Below the pieces are notes generated by a model. The model had not been told where the DNA came from. It made no database searches and was given only the letters and a program-made list of their open reading frames with translations. From NCBI GenBank assembly GCA_964016885.1, contig OZ024743.1, forward strand, positions 311,178,001-311,242,000: a stretch of DNA of 64,000 nt. Direction: 5' to 3'. Within the stretch, counting starts at the first letter, position 1; every line of letters begins with the position of its first letter. Positions 1 to 15,423 of this stretch are shown one piece after another. Position numbers and translations under genes: made by a program. This stretch comes from Eledone cirrhosa. Lineage: Eukaryota.

Positions 1-880
1 AAAGAACAACATGTTACTGAACGAAGACAAATTCGAACTGATCCACTTTGGAAAAGAGGATGCTCTGAAACTCCCGTACTCCCTTCCCTCCGGGGAAACT
101 CTCGTGGCATCTAACAACATCAGAGACTTGGGAGTAACCGTGGACAGCAACATAAGCTGGACCACGCATATAAGCAGCAAAGTTGACATGGCCCGCAGAA
201 TGTGTTCCTGGATCCTCAGAACCTTCCAGTCGAGAGATTCCCGCACCATTATCCTTCTCTTCTCTACTTTTGCCCGACCACACCTTGAATACTGTTGTCC
301 ACTGTGGTCTCCCCACACGAAACAAAGTATCATGAAACTTGAAGCTCCTCAAAGGGCAATCACGAAAAAGATAGATGGCATGTCAGACCTTGACTACTGG
401 GGTCGATTAGAAAACCTGAAACTTTACTCACTCCAACGTCGCCGTGAGCGTTATATTATCTGCATGATGTGGAAAATGTTCCATCATCACTGCCCAAATG
501 ATGTTGGCATCGCCTTCAAGATACACCCAAGGCTTGGGCCCCGTGCTATCCGTCCCATTCAAAAATCTAAATCGCAACTCATAACAACAATACGGCACAA
601 TTATTTCACCTCAATCGGCCCTGCTCTCTTCAACATCACACCAGGACACGTCAAAACAGAAACTGACCACACAAAATTCAAGAAGTCTTTGGACAAATTC
701 CTCCAAGTAATCCCGGACAAACCACCCACACCCGGATATGTCTCCGCAAACAGTAATTCTCTTCTCGAATGGGCCATGGTGCCCAAATCCTGAATTGAAA
801 GACTTCGCCAGGTGGTGCTATTAAGTTAGACATGGCCTGGGCCAATACTGGCCAAAACATTTCAAAGTTATTCAAAGTTA
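1..880 (+). mobile_element. 3' end of a CR1/L2-superfamily LINE (RT C-terminus, ORF 11-793, 3' UTR, short tandem tail)
   Basis: ORF has motifs typical of CR1/L2-type RT C-termini ([42 protein letters not shown]). It ends in (TTCAAAGTTA)2 at 861-880, followed by (TA)n. Confidence 0.85.
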
Positions 881-921
881 TATATATATATACATATATA
901 TATACATATATATATATATAC

Positions 922-966
<45 letters not shown>

Positions 967-1138
967 TATACATATATATACATACATATATATACATATA
1001 TATACATATATATATATACATATATATATATAAACATAAATATATATATACATATATATACATATCTATATATATATATATATATATACATATACATACA
1101 TATATATATATACATATATACATACATATACATACATG

Positions 1139-1218
<80 letters not shown>
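879..1218. repeat. (TA)n/(TACA) microsatellite, representative of dozens of such tracts across the window
   Basis: Direct reading. These tracts generate the spurious [14 protein letters not shown] ORFs. Confidence 0.98.
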
Positions 1219-1221
<3 letters not shown>

Positions 1222-1389
1222 TTAAGGGTACTATTTATGGTTATGTATGCAATAAAACCTTTGATGGTAATATATTATATATACACAAACCCTAAATAGT
1301 GAGAGATAGTCTTTAATTACTATCCTATTACCAGTAAGTTAAATAGCTCAATGTAATACCATCAGTTGTTATACAGAGCAGTTATATAG

Positions 1390-2279
1390 AGATTACAGTA
1401 ATCAAAGTTCAGTTTAAGTCATTTATTTGCTTACAATTGTTTCCTCCAAACCGAGGTTTGGATTCTTCGGAGCAGTTATTTATAACATACTTGACCTCCT
1501 TTTCAACCCAAGAGTCACATAAAACATATGCGCATATTGATCAAGAGTGGGGTGACATTCATCAAATGAAATAGCATGGCAATTTACATATAAAGTGTTA
1601 CATGATAAAAATAAAGTGTTACATGATAAAAATAAAATAAAATAAAAGCAAGAGTGAAAATAAAGATAAACATGAAGCGTTGGCAGTCTATGAAGATAAA
1701 GCAAGAGGAAAGCTTAGAGTAGTCAGTGCATGAAGCAATCCTCCCGTGTAGCATGCACGTTTGTCTTATCTATACATGATTAGAGTGCGTCAGAATGATA
1801 TTTGCAGGGTCAGGCAGTTGAAGCAGGCAATCGATCTTATAATATAGGCTGAATTATTAAGTCATTTATTCTCATACATCTGTATGATATACAGTCTCGG
1901 ATGCGGGGAAATACCAAAATATCAAAAACCCTCAACATACTATAAACCTTATTGTATCGTAGGCAAGGTCGTACCACTGTCCTTGCTCACACCACCACTC
2001 ACATTGTCCATGAGACGCAATATATATATAGAGAACATGCATCTATCGTATAATTCGCAGTGGTTCAGCATATAGTCAAGCTATAAACGGTATCCAGTCG
2101 GTTCTTAATTAATATATCATGCTGTCCAAATTCCGGAAGTGCCTGAATTTTATGTGTCTCTTGGGTTGAAAAGGAGGTCAAGTATGTTATAAATAACTGC
2201 TCCGAAGAATCCAAACCTCGGTTTGGAGGAAACAATTGTAAGCAAATAAATGACTTAAACTGAACTTTGATTACTGTAA

Positions 2280-2281
<2 letters not shown>
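1390..2281. mobile_element. Fold-back PLE pseudo-LTR element: ~135 bp inverted arms (1390-1524 / 2148-2281), each with a minimal hammerhead
   Basis: The arms are near-perfect reverse complements. + strand 2198-2244 reads TGCT CCGAAGA [ATCCAAACC-TC-GGTTTGGAG] GAAA CAATTG TA AGCA. Confidence 0.75.
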
Positions 2282-2355
<74 letters not shown>

Positions 2356-2610
2356 TATATACACGTACATACATATATGTATACAGACGTACAGTAGTAT
2401 GTATATATATATACATACTACTGTACGTCTGTATACATGTATGTATGTACGTGTACATACTTATGTTTAAGTAACAGCCGTACTAAGAGTGGGAAATGAA
2501 ATTTCGTTTTATTTTTTCCGTTTATCGTTTTCGGTGCACATGGCCGATTAACCCACTCGATATGCAAATTGGGATACTCAGCCGTTAATATGCATAAGGT
2601 AAGTATATAC

Positions 2611-2697
2611 GTTCAACAATCTGACAGGAAGGTATACGTTGCTGACGATAGCTAATAAGCTTGAAACTAGTACAGCGTTCCTTTGTCAGTGTTGAAC
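2611..2697 (+). ncRNA. Type I hammerhead ribozyme, copy 1 (predicted cleavage after GUA at 2672)
   Basis: ACGTTG CTGACGA T AGCT-AATA-AGCT T GAAA CTAG TA CAGCGT. Stem I is extended by GTTCAACA/TGTTGAAC, CTGACA/TGTCAG and GGAA/TTCC. Confidence 0.88.
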
Positions 2698-3025
2698 AGA
2701 CGAGCAACGATGGTTGCTGGACACTACGGCTTAATACGGTATTGTGTTTACAAACACACCGAGCACTGTAATAAATGTTCGGTGAATCCATACGTACATA
2801 TATATATGTGTGCATGTATGTATATATACATACTACTGTACGTCTGTATACATATATGTATGTACGTGTACATACTTATATTTAAGTAACAGCCGTACTG
2901 AGAGTGGGAAATGAAATTTCGTTTCATTTTTTCCGTTTATCGTTTTCTTTGCACCCGGCCGATTAACCCACTCGATATGCAAATTGGGCTACTCACCCTT
3001 TAATATGCATAAGGTAAGTATATAC

Positions 3026-3112
3026 GTTCAACAATCTGACAGGAAGGTATACGTTGCTGACGATAGCTAATAAGCTTGAAACTAGTACAGCGTTCCTTTG
3101 TCAATGTTGAAC
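3026..3112 (+). ncRNA. Type I hammerhead ribozyme, copy 2 (cleavage after 3087)
   Basis: Core identical to copy 1. Confidence 0.88.
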
Positions 3113-3445
3113 AAACGAGCAGCGATGGTTGATAGACACTACGGTTTAATATGGGATGTTTGTTTACAAACACACCGAGCATTATAATAAATGTTCGGTG
3201 AATCCATACGTACATATATATATGTGTGCATGTATGTATATATATATACATACTACTGTACGTCTGTATACATATATGTATGTACGTGTACATACTTATA
3301 TTTAAGTAACAGCCGCACTAAGAGTGGGAAATGAAATTTCGTTTCATTTTTTCCGTTTATCGTTTTCGGTGCACCCGGCCGATTAACCCACTCGATATGC
3401 AAATTGGGCTACTCAGCCGTTAATATGCATAAGGTAAGTATATAC

Positions 3446-3532
3446 GTTCAACAATCTGACAGGAAGGTATACGTTGCTGACGATAGCTAATAAGCTTGAA
3501 ACTAGTACAGCGTTCCTTTGTCAGTGTTGAAC
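3446..3532 (+). ncRNA. Type I hammerhead ribozyme, copy 3 (cleavage after 3507)
   Basis: Core identical to copy 1. Confidence 0.88.
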
Positions 3533-3835
3533 AAACGAGCAACGATGGTTGCTGGACACTACGGCTTAATACGGGATGTTTGTTTACAAACACCCCGAGC
3601 ATTATAATAAAAGTTCGGTGATTCCATACGTACATATATATATGTGTGCTGTATGTATATATATATACATTCCACTGTACGTCTGTATAAATATATGTAT
3701 GTACGTGTACATACTTATATTTAAGTAACAGCCGTACTAAGAGTCGGAAATGAAATTTCGTTTCATTTTTTCCGTTTATATATATATATATATACATAAA
3801 TATATATATACATATATATATACATACATATATAT

Positions 3836-3907
<72 letters not shown>

Positions 3908-3986
3908 TATACATATATACATATATATACATATATATATATATACATATATACATATATATACATATATATATATACATATATAC

Positions 3987-4147
<161 letters not shown>

Positions 4148-4157
4148 TATGTATATT

Positions 4158-4291
<134 letters not shown>

Positions 4292-4303
4292 TATATATAT
4301 TTA

Positions 4304-4407
<104 letters not shown>

Positions 4408-4647
4408 CGGAAAAAATGAAAGCGTCAGTCATACAAAAGTGAGTTACAAACGAAACGAAATTTAATTTCGTTTCGTTATTTGTTTTTATATATATATACA
4501 TAGATATATATACATATATATATACATATACTTATACATATATATATACATATACTTATACATATTAACATATATAAACATACATACATACATATGCATA
4601 TATACACATATGTATATACACATTTATATATGTATATACATATATAA

Positions 4648-4779
<132 letters not shown>

Positions 4780-5439
4780 TTATTTATTACATATAGCCCC
4801 CTTCGAAACTTTTTCAGTATATTTTTTCACATTGAATGTAAACTATAACCGGTTATCTCCCAGGAATGTTTTCAGCTGGTGAAAGGCATATTTCGCTAAC
4901 GTAAGCAAGAATTTCAACAATAGTTGGTATCATAGAAAATAGACAAACTGAATGGGTTTCAGCTTAAAGTGTTTGGATCAAAGAATATTTCTATATTTTC
5001 TCATTTCGTATAGAATTCCTGGAGTAAATACGTCTGGGAAGTTACAAAAGAAAGAAGCATAAAATAAGCTGTGAATTCTATTGATAGCATATTTCTTTTA
5101 CTAATTCCCATTTCAATGTTAAGCTCTTTAGCTGCTAGCAAAGTTTCTAACATATATATCTTCAACGTAGGATAAGATAAACTCCTTGATATTATACTTA
5201 ATATTTTAAAACTACCAGTTTACTAAATTATCGCTCAGTTTTTTCAAGTTTAGTTGCTAAATATTCTGTGTTAAGTATCTTAAAAACTGTAATTATGCTT
5301 CATTTTGAAAGATCAGATTTATCATGTAAAATAGGCGAACTCTGGTGAAAAGATAAAAAAGCATATCAATGCTGCTGATTTTTATTAAGTTTGGTTGCAG
5401 AAGAGCTTTTTTAATTATAATCATATTTTTTCTAACATT

Positions 5440-5618
5440 GGGACAAGGTTAACAATTTTAGGGAAGCAGAAATTCAATTTTATTGAACCCAGTACTTGGC
5501 GGGTAATTAATTTCATCGACCTGGAAGGATAAAAGCACAATTGACTGCAGCGGAATTTTAACTTAGAGCGGAAGAAATACTGCTAAGCACTTGTCCCCCT
5601 CTCTAACGATTCTGCCAT
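5440..5618 (-). mobile_element. Diverged tRNA-derived SINE (Meta-like core)
   Basis: Reverse complement resembles the SINE copies at 15521 and 17031 (..GCTTTTATCCTTCCAGGTCGATGAAATTAATTACC..). Confidence 0.6.
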
Positions 5619-5669
5619 TAATTAGTGAAAGCTTAATATAGTCATCGAAAAAATAAACGGGAGAAATTT

Positions 5670-6670
5670 AACCATTCATGGATAACCTAAAATTATGTGG
5701 CGAAACTGAGAGAGAACTGAATAATCTTGTCAGTTTGATGAGAATATTTAGCAGTGGTATAAATGTGGTATTTCTGGTAATGAAATCCTTGTAATAAAGA
5801 GAGGCAAATGCAATAAAAAATTATCTTTGGCCATGTATTTACAAGAACTCCATCAGATGGATTGTAAAGTCCGACAATAATTTCACAGCCCTATTTTTAG
5901 GACCTTCTCTGGTTTGTAATGAAATCATTACTCAGTGGTTGCAAACCTATATTTCTTGCATAAAGATGGAGGTGTATGCTCATTTTATCCAATGGAGGTG
6001 TATCCTCATTTTATCCAATGGAGGTGTATGCTCATTTTATCGTGACGCCTTGTATATTTCCTCTGCGCAAGCATGTCACAAGCACTCACGATGTGTGTCA
6101 CATTTTCCTTCTTCACAAATAACCGACACTTGTTTATTTCATCTCGGTTATTCATATCCCTTGTTGTGTTTGAGTTTAGTGCAAGGTTGTTTTGGGCCAC
6201 AATCCTGTCCTGATGGTAATTGCTAGTTTATCAAGCCCTGCATCTAACCTTTTACTAACTGCACCAATTACAATCGGTATCACTTTTACCGATTCTCCAC
6301 AGTTTTCTTATTTCCCTCTTCAGTTTTGGTATTTTTCAACTTTCATACTATCCTTCTCGTTCACAACGTGGTCCCACAGTGAAGCAATGGTTGCCTTGTT
6401 ATTCTTCTTTTATATGACAACAATGTCAGACATTCTAACCAAGTTAAAATAGTCGCACTGCATGGTCATGTCCCACAAGAACCTATGATGTTTGTTTTCA
6501 GCAAACCTTTGTGGCTGGTGCACATATCATTTCTCACTTCTCTTCATGTCAGACTTATGATAGAGCTTCCAATAACACAATCTGCCCATGTTGTCGTGCT
6601 TCTCTTCAACTCTTTCTCTGCAATCATCTTACATTCACTAGTAATGTGGTTTATTGTTTCCCCTTTCTAA
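5670..6670 (-). pseudogene. Scrambled remnants of R4/Dong-like (RLE-clade) non-LTR retrotransposons
   Basis: Minus strand gives NKCRLF..ENVTHIVSACDMLAQRKYTRRHDK (CCHC region), VIPIVIGA and GETINHITSECK. Plus strand 5675-5770 gives FMDNLKLCGETERELNNLV (decayed RT YMDDLKL motif). Confidence 0.7.
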
Positions 6671-6688
6671 ACACACAGTATTAATATT

Positions 6689-6882
6689 TTGGCAGTATCG
6701 GTAGAGCGTCGGACACCATGCTTTGCAGCATAGTTACGAGCCTTTACGATCTGAGTCCAAATCCCGCCGAGGTTAACTTTGCCTTTCATCCTTACGGGGT
6801 CTATAAGATAAAGTATCAATAATGCACTGAGATAATTGCTGGCCTTGTGCCAAAAGTAGAAACAATTATTATTATTATTATT
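6689..6882 (+). mobile_element. tRNA-derived SINE with MetaSINE-like core
   Basis: A-box TGGCAGTATCGG, B-box-like GAGTCCAAATCC, core GCCTTTCATCCTTACGGGGTC.ATAA.ATAAAGTA and (ATT)n tail. Multiple copies in the window. Confidence 0.8.
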
Positions 6883-7380
6883 GTTATCACCACCACCATG
6901 GATCCTATTGTTTCGTTTATATTTTCCATCTTGTTCCTGTTGTTGATTCCTTTTATCTGTTTTGTTGTTGTTGATGATGTTGTTGAATGGAAAAGCTCGT
7001 GAAAATTACGAATGAGCGGAGTCTGTTAAATGTGTTACATGACGCCTACTATCAGAGATTCAAAGAATATTCATAAATGTTCATAAACCAATTGGTTCCT
7101 AATCAATACGATTTGTTTAGAAACATAATAAGTGTTGTGATCAGTGGAGCAGGCAGAGCATAAATGAAACTATTGGTTCTAAGTAATGTGTGTTTCAGTG
7201 ATTAGAGTTGATTGTTAATTACATTAATGAGAAAAGCTGTAGCTTGGCATAGATTAGAAAACGGATAATTAAAACTAGCATATCATTGGAAACAATTATT
7301 GAGTTATATGAATCAGGATTCTCAAGGAAGGCCTTGAACAGATTTTAATTATTCATGGATGAAGTCATTAACAATAATCA

Positions 7381-7448
<68 letters not shown>

Positions 7449-7484
7449 TTTAATGTATGTTATGTTTATGTGTTCTCTAGATAG

Positions 7485-7519
<35 letters not shown>

Positions 7520-7525
<6 letters not shown>

Positions 7526-8430
7526 TAACAGATTAAAGTTTAAGCAAAGAATCGCTGCTTTCACCCTTAACGGGATCTTCTCCGCGAAGGAATTGTTCCA
7601 CAGTGCAAGAGGGGCCAAACTTCTAATTTCAGGTATAATTCTATCAAGAATCGTTTTACTAAGTCTACCTAAATCGGACTTCGTAGGGTTAATAAACCGA
7701 ATAGAGGGGTTGTTCGGAAAATTGGATTTGTGATCCTTCAGGGTAAAGTGGGGAGAAATAGGGTCCAGACGTTCGGTCCGATCCAGGATGTTGAGATCAG
7801 ATGTGATTTTAAACCCAGCATCGTTGATTTCTTTGATGACGTACCGATTAGTATTACGGTAATTCTTAGTTACAGCATTATGTAGTAGTTGATGGTAAGT
7901 ACTGCGCTCCACTTGATATAGGTTGCCAGTTTTGTCGGAATGGACGTGCACGGCATTAGAATCCTTAATAGAACGAATTCTATTCTTCAGGTCTTGCTGG
8001 AAGGAATTGCTCCTATTCCGAAATTTGATACTCCGAATGAGTTCCAAGACATCATTTTCGAAGGGTAGCAATGCTGGGTTACACGGGGGGTTATTCACAA
8101 CTTACAATTAAGGACAAAATGAAAACACAAACACACATAGAACAAACAACCAACCGGTAACATGTAAATAAACAAATAAATAAACGAATATAAACACACA
8201 CAGACACCCGGATGTGGCGCATGCGCAGACTGAGCACACAACACACACACAGAAACAAAATGGCGTAGGACAGAACAAAGGAGAGGCACAAAAACAAAGA
8301 AAAGAATCCCCAGTCACTGAAGAGGTCACAGAATGTGTGACGAAAGAACTTTGACAATATATAAACAACTATCTGGTTGTGGAACCAATCAACCAACCAG
8401 AAATTTATAAATGTATAAATTCCTAAATTT
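7520..8430 (-). mobile_element. 5' portion of a Penelope-like element: N-terminal/RT-proximal ORF 7520-8098, upstream region with an oppositely oriented HHR
   Basis: FENDVLELIRSIKFRN, SDKTGNLY, TLKDHKSNF, RFINPTKSDLGRLSKTILD is a typical PLE pre-RT region. HHR on + at 8313-8355. Confidence 0.75.
8313..8355 (+). ncRNA. Minimal type I hammerhead ribozyme
   Basis: GTCA CTGAAGA G GTCACA-GAATG-TGTGAC GAAA GAAC TT TGAC. Confidence 0.75.
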
Positions 8431-8573
8431 ATAAATTTATTATAATAAATTGAAGTGAAAGCAACTGGTGCGTGTGTTTCTTATTGGCAACATGACCCTC
8501 CCAAAGTATAACAATATCGGTTTCAACACACGATTTCAGATAAAGAATCTTGCTAAACAAATTCAGAAACGAA

Positions 8574-8605
<32 letters not shown>

Positions 8606-8632
8606 CATATATGTGTATATATTTTTATATAT

Positions 8633-8725
<93 letters not shown>

Positions 8726-8728
<3 letters not shown>

Positions 8729-9652
8729 TATAAAGTAAAGTAGGTTCATAGAATCATTTGATAATATATATACATCATTTCTTCACCCAATTAGCATAAT
8801 TAACCACACAAAAATTCAATTGACCAGGCTATAAGATTAAAAGGCACCTATGAAGAAACAGTAAATAAATACACGACAGCGGCCTCTTCGCGCCCAACCG
8901 CTATAGAATATGTACCCAACATTTCAACAGCACGTGGAAATTAATTAAATATACGGTCAACCATACACAATTAGGTATAAAATTAAAGTTAGAAATGCTT
9001 ATATACATACCAGTATTACATACCTACCCTTGGGTTTTGTTCTCATTTGAGATATCCTATTAAAGATATATCCCGAGTTTCGAACTCGTCAGTGGACAAA
9101 CTCGCTAGGAAAGATTATTTTCTGAAGTGGCCCCCGCCAGACACGAATTCAAAATGGCCAAGAACTGTGACGCGGCAGTGGTCAAGTCAGAAAGAGTGTG
9201 ATTGGTTGCTTACGGCGAGTGGGTTGGTTGCTAGAAAGCGCAGCCCAATATTGCCCAAATTGCATCTCAACCTTATGGGAGATTATTAAATATAAATATT
9301 TACATATACACCAATTAAACAAAGTCATAGATATATATGCGTTTTGGCAACCATTCACGATGTGGCTCAATGAAAAAATTAATAAATTAAATAATCAGAG
9401 CAATATACTATAAAGTAAAGTATGTCCATAGAATCATTTGATAATATATATACATCATTTCCTCTCCCAATTAGCATAATTAACCACAAAAAAATCAATT
9501 AGACCAGTCTATAAGATTAAAAAGGCACCTATGAAGAAACAGCTATAGAATATTTACCCAACATTTCAACAGCACGTGGAAATTAATTAAATATACCGTG
9601 AACCATACGCAATTAGGTATATAATTAAAGTTAGAAATGCTTATATACATAC
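8726..9652. repeat. Element with ~250-280 bp direct repeats (8726-9009 / 9406-9652, spacing 680 bp)
   Basis: Direct repeat read by eye, with a ~39 bp deletion in copy 2. The internal part (9230-9400) resembles 22150-22330. Confidence 0.7.
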
Positions 9653-9981
9653 CATATATATATGCATACACACACACACACTCATTAATTTCCTACCCAA
9701 TTAATATAGGATTTATGACCCCATAGAACTCAATATCCCATTGAAGCAAAGTGAAATTTGTTTTTGTGGAAAGGTGGCATTTTATGACATGTCGTTGAGT
9801 GTTCAAAACCTACAAAGTCAGATATATAATGTAGAACAATGGAAAAATAAGACAAGGTTTAGAAGATAATTAATCCATTGTTTTACGATTGTTTCAGAGA
9901 GAAAAATATACAAAAACATTTACCGGTATGATAGAAGTCATGCAGGTTTATAATTGTATTTTCAAAGTTCAAACTTTACAG

Positions 9982-10016
9982 ATGAAGGGCACCAGACTCT
10001 TCCAAGCTACGAGGAA
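9982..10016 (+). CDS. Candidate 35 bp host micro-exon encoding (D)EGHQTLPSYEE (LPxY/PY motif)
   Basis: TTTACAG acceptor and consensus GTGAGT donor. The phase 1 to phase 0 reading gives LPSYEE. It lies in non-repetitive-looking sequence. Confidence 0.4.
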
Positions 10017-10053
10017 GTGAGTTCAGCCAAATAATGAATTAAAATTATTTTTA

Positions 10054-10083
<30 letters not shown>

Positions 10084-10089
<6 letters not shown>

Positions 10090-10621
10090 TATTGAAGTTT
10101 GCTTGAAGCATTGTGGAACAATAAGTAAATATCTTTAAGTCGTTTGGAAGCCTCGACAATGCAAATGGGTAAATCTCCGGGTAACAAGGTCCGGTGGTGG
10201 AGAGAGAGATATAAGTGGGTGTACGTTGAGATGCGTGGTGTGTATAAGATGTGTGAGATGTGTAGAATGAAGGGAAGAGTATAAAGGATAGAATAAAAAT
10301 AACAACACAAGAGAGAGTTACCTTGGGAGAGATTTAATAGTCCCTATATATTTCGGATTCACATCCATCAACTGGGGGTTTTTTCCGGGGTGGGGGAAAA
10401 GGTTGTCTGTCGGACAGGTCCGGGATGCGTCCTTCGCTGTTTGTTGTTTTTATTCTATCCTTTATACTCTTCCCTTCATTCTACACATCTCACACATCTT
10501 ATACACACCACGCATCTCAACGTACACCCACTTACATCTCTCTCTCCACCACCTGACCTTATTACCCGGAGATTTACCCATTTGCATTGTCGAGGCTTCC
10601 AAACGACTTAAAGATATTTAC
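10084..10621. mobile_element. Fold-back element in (TA)n (arms 10126-10307 / 10441-10621), same family as 53485-54112
   Basis: Near-perfect inverted arms. High identity to the 53.5-54.1 kb copy. Confidence 0.85.
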
Positions 10622-10741
10622 ATATATATATATATATATATATAAATGTAGAAAACCTTGTCCTCGTGTATAGAGACACTTACACAAACATTTATGGCCA
10701 CGAATATGACAATAAACTAGACACACACACACACAGGTATA

Positions 10742-10850
<109 letters not shown>

Positions 10851-11325
10851 ATGGCATTGTAACATTGTGCCACACACCATCTTAACCAATAGTAACTGAA
10901 ATGAATTCAGAAAACAGAGTACTCACAGAATCAATAGTGTAGTGACAATATTGACCAGATTAATTAGGGTTATCAATCAAATTAATATAACTAACACCCT
11001 TCAAATCAATTAATAAAAAATATAAAAGTTATTGATATAACCCATCAATTAAATAGGGTTTCTAACAAAATTAATATCAAACAATTGACTATTGAATCAA
11101 TTAATAAAAATACCCACAAATATTTGATATATATGCAACCCAGGACTAGTTTCACTAACGGCCGAACTACAAGTAGCAGTTATGAAATTAAGTCCAGATT
11201 CGAACAGTCGGTTGCGTCAACAACCTGGAATCGGGATAAGTATCGTCAATGCGCATTGACCACTAAACAACACAGAGAAAACATAAGACATCTTCTCAGG
11301 CATTCGCTGTGCTAGAATTCAATCT

Positions 11326-11498
11326 GACTGATCAGCCAGTCTGCTAATATGCAAATCAGGCCGATCAGTCACTGTATACTTTAGAAAATGGCATATATTT
11401 TCACTAGCTCTTGCAGTTGGCAGGTGAACTATACTAATGAAGGGTGATACCCAGAAACATTAGTGTCTGCAGTTTTGTTTACATGCCAACACAAGAGC
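11326..11498 (+). ncRNA. Degenerate octamer-hairpin + hammerhead unit
   Basis: AACTATA CTAATGA A GGGT-GAT-ACCC A GAAA CATTAGTG TC TGCAGTT, with stem I extension GCTCTTG..GTTGGCA/TGCCAAC.CAAGAGC. The core carries G5A. Confidence 0.6.
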
Positions 11499-11629
11499 AG
11501 GAATGAAGGGTTCATTCTACTGACATGGCTTTAAAAATGAGGCTTGTTTGCCTAATTGCAAACGAATCGAATGTTATTATTAATATTCGAAAACCTCAGA
11601 TTACATTTATTGTAGAGCGAACATATATA

Positions 11630-11708
<79 letters not shown>

Positions 11709-11882
11709 TGGTTTGTGTTCTTTAATCACTCAAATCTTCACAGTAAGTCGTTTATTGATATTAGTTCTGGTTAGAGTTGGGGTCAATAACGACTTACTGT
11801 AAAGATTGTAATTATCTAATAGCACCAACCACCAATGAAGTCATTATTATCTTTTTACATACATACATACATACATACATAT

Positions 11883-13617
<1,735 letters not shown>

Positions 13618-14121
13618 TTGATACATCTAATATGCATGTATGCGATAATCCTATATATGTATATATATATATTTCCATCCATGGAACCTGAATTCTTAAT
13701 AGGGTCGTAGGAACGCTGTTAGATTATCACAAACCTGATGGAGCAGATACTTCTCCAGGTCTGATCAAAGCCGATCTCTTCCCGAATGAATGTGGCAGAA
13801 GATAAGAAAATGAGTAAGAATAGTAGAGAAAGAATCGAGTCCAGTACCTAGAAATGCTGAAAAGTTAAGTTCACCTTCGAAGGATTTCAACTCAGTGTCT
13901 TTCATCTAACGGAAATTGGGTCAGAGTCACTGTCCTTAAGTGAACCATGATGTCCTGTTTACAAATTCTTTGAACATAGGCTTCCAACTTATCCCATCCA
14001 CCTCTATACATAACGTCTATTAAAGATGATATTAAATTATACATATCATCTCGTTACGTATCTTTTATGAGTAAGTACATCATCTACACAAATAGATATG
14101 TCATTATTTATTAATCTCGCA

Positions 14122-14235
14122 TGAGTTCAAATCCCGCCGAGGTTAGCTTTGCCTTTCATTCTTACGGGGTCGATAAAATAAAACACCAGTAATGCATCGT
14201 TGGCCTTGTGCCTAAATCAGAAACAATTATTTATT
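14122..14235 (+). mobile_element. 5'-truncated Meta-like SINE
   Basis: GAGTTCAAATCCCGCCGAGG..GCCTTTCATTCTTACGGGGTCGATAAAAT. Confidence 0.75.
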
Positions 14236-15208
14236 AATCTCGTAGATTGTGATACATGCTGTCAAAACAAAGGACAGTATTGAATGTGATTGGTCAAGAT
14301 ATGTTACTGGGTCAAGACTTTTACAGAATAGATGTGGGATGATTAAACTGATAAGATCTAAAATATATGGGTATCAATCCAGTTCATGTCACAACATGGG
14401 ACACACTCCACTTGGGTTACATGATTTAATTACTACAAATATATCACATTTCTCGGAGAAAAGTCTACGATATCGGCAGTTAGATAATACCTCGGACCTT
14501 CAGTTGAGGTTTATCGCTGACATCATGAATATCTGAAACTTCTCCGTTAAACAACGTCTATAGTTACGAAATCCATGGAATCTAATGTAACGTGGTTATG
14601 TAATCCATTGGAATATGACGTAACATACCCAATAATATTCAATGTTATTGATGGATGGTCAAATCATATATATGTATATGTATATATATGGTGTGGGTAT
14701 ATGTGTATGTGTGTTTAAGTGTGTGTGTGTATATATATATTGTTCACACTTCGAATTTGTCCGCCAAAAACCCGGATGTGATCCTTCCTCATACTTTGAG
14801 AAAGAACAAGTGACCCCGCTGCTATAATTGGTAATATAGTTGCGCAATTTGGCTTGTTGATTTAGGATTCACAGAAACCAATTGAAGATATTTTATATCT
14901 ATCGATTAGGTCCAGTTTCGTATTGGCCTGTTTGTATTTTTCGTTGTTTTAGTGGCTGTTGTGGAATTCTTTATGTAGCCACAGTTTTCAGTTTGTCACA
15001 CCATTAACGTATGTTTATTACTCTAAGATTTAATTTATTAATTTATCGATATCATCTTATCGAGTGCTTGTGCAAGCCATTGAGGATTGTTCTTTCGAAA
15101 GATGCTGCCAAGCTACAACTTTGATTTTACTCACTATCATTAGTATATATATATATATATATATATTTCGTTTCTGAATTTATTGGCAACATGACCCTCC
15201 CAAAGTAT

Positions 15209-15423
<215 letters not shown>

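Larger units (their letters stand above)
2352..3778 (+). mobile_element. Tandem array (~3.3 units of 415-420 bp) of a hammerhead-containing non-LTR retrozyme-like repeat
   Basis: Three near-identical units each carry an intact HHR. The array starts with a ~55 bp fold-back (2352-2404 vs 2411-2463) and is flanked by (TA)n. Confidence 0.85.

Noticed and set aside
9072-9097. Minus-strand CTGACGA GTTC GAAA resembling a hammerhead core
   Set aside because: No convincing stem II, no UH triplet and no stem I partner. Better explained as the hairpin CGAGTTTCGAACTCG.
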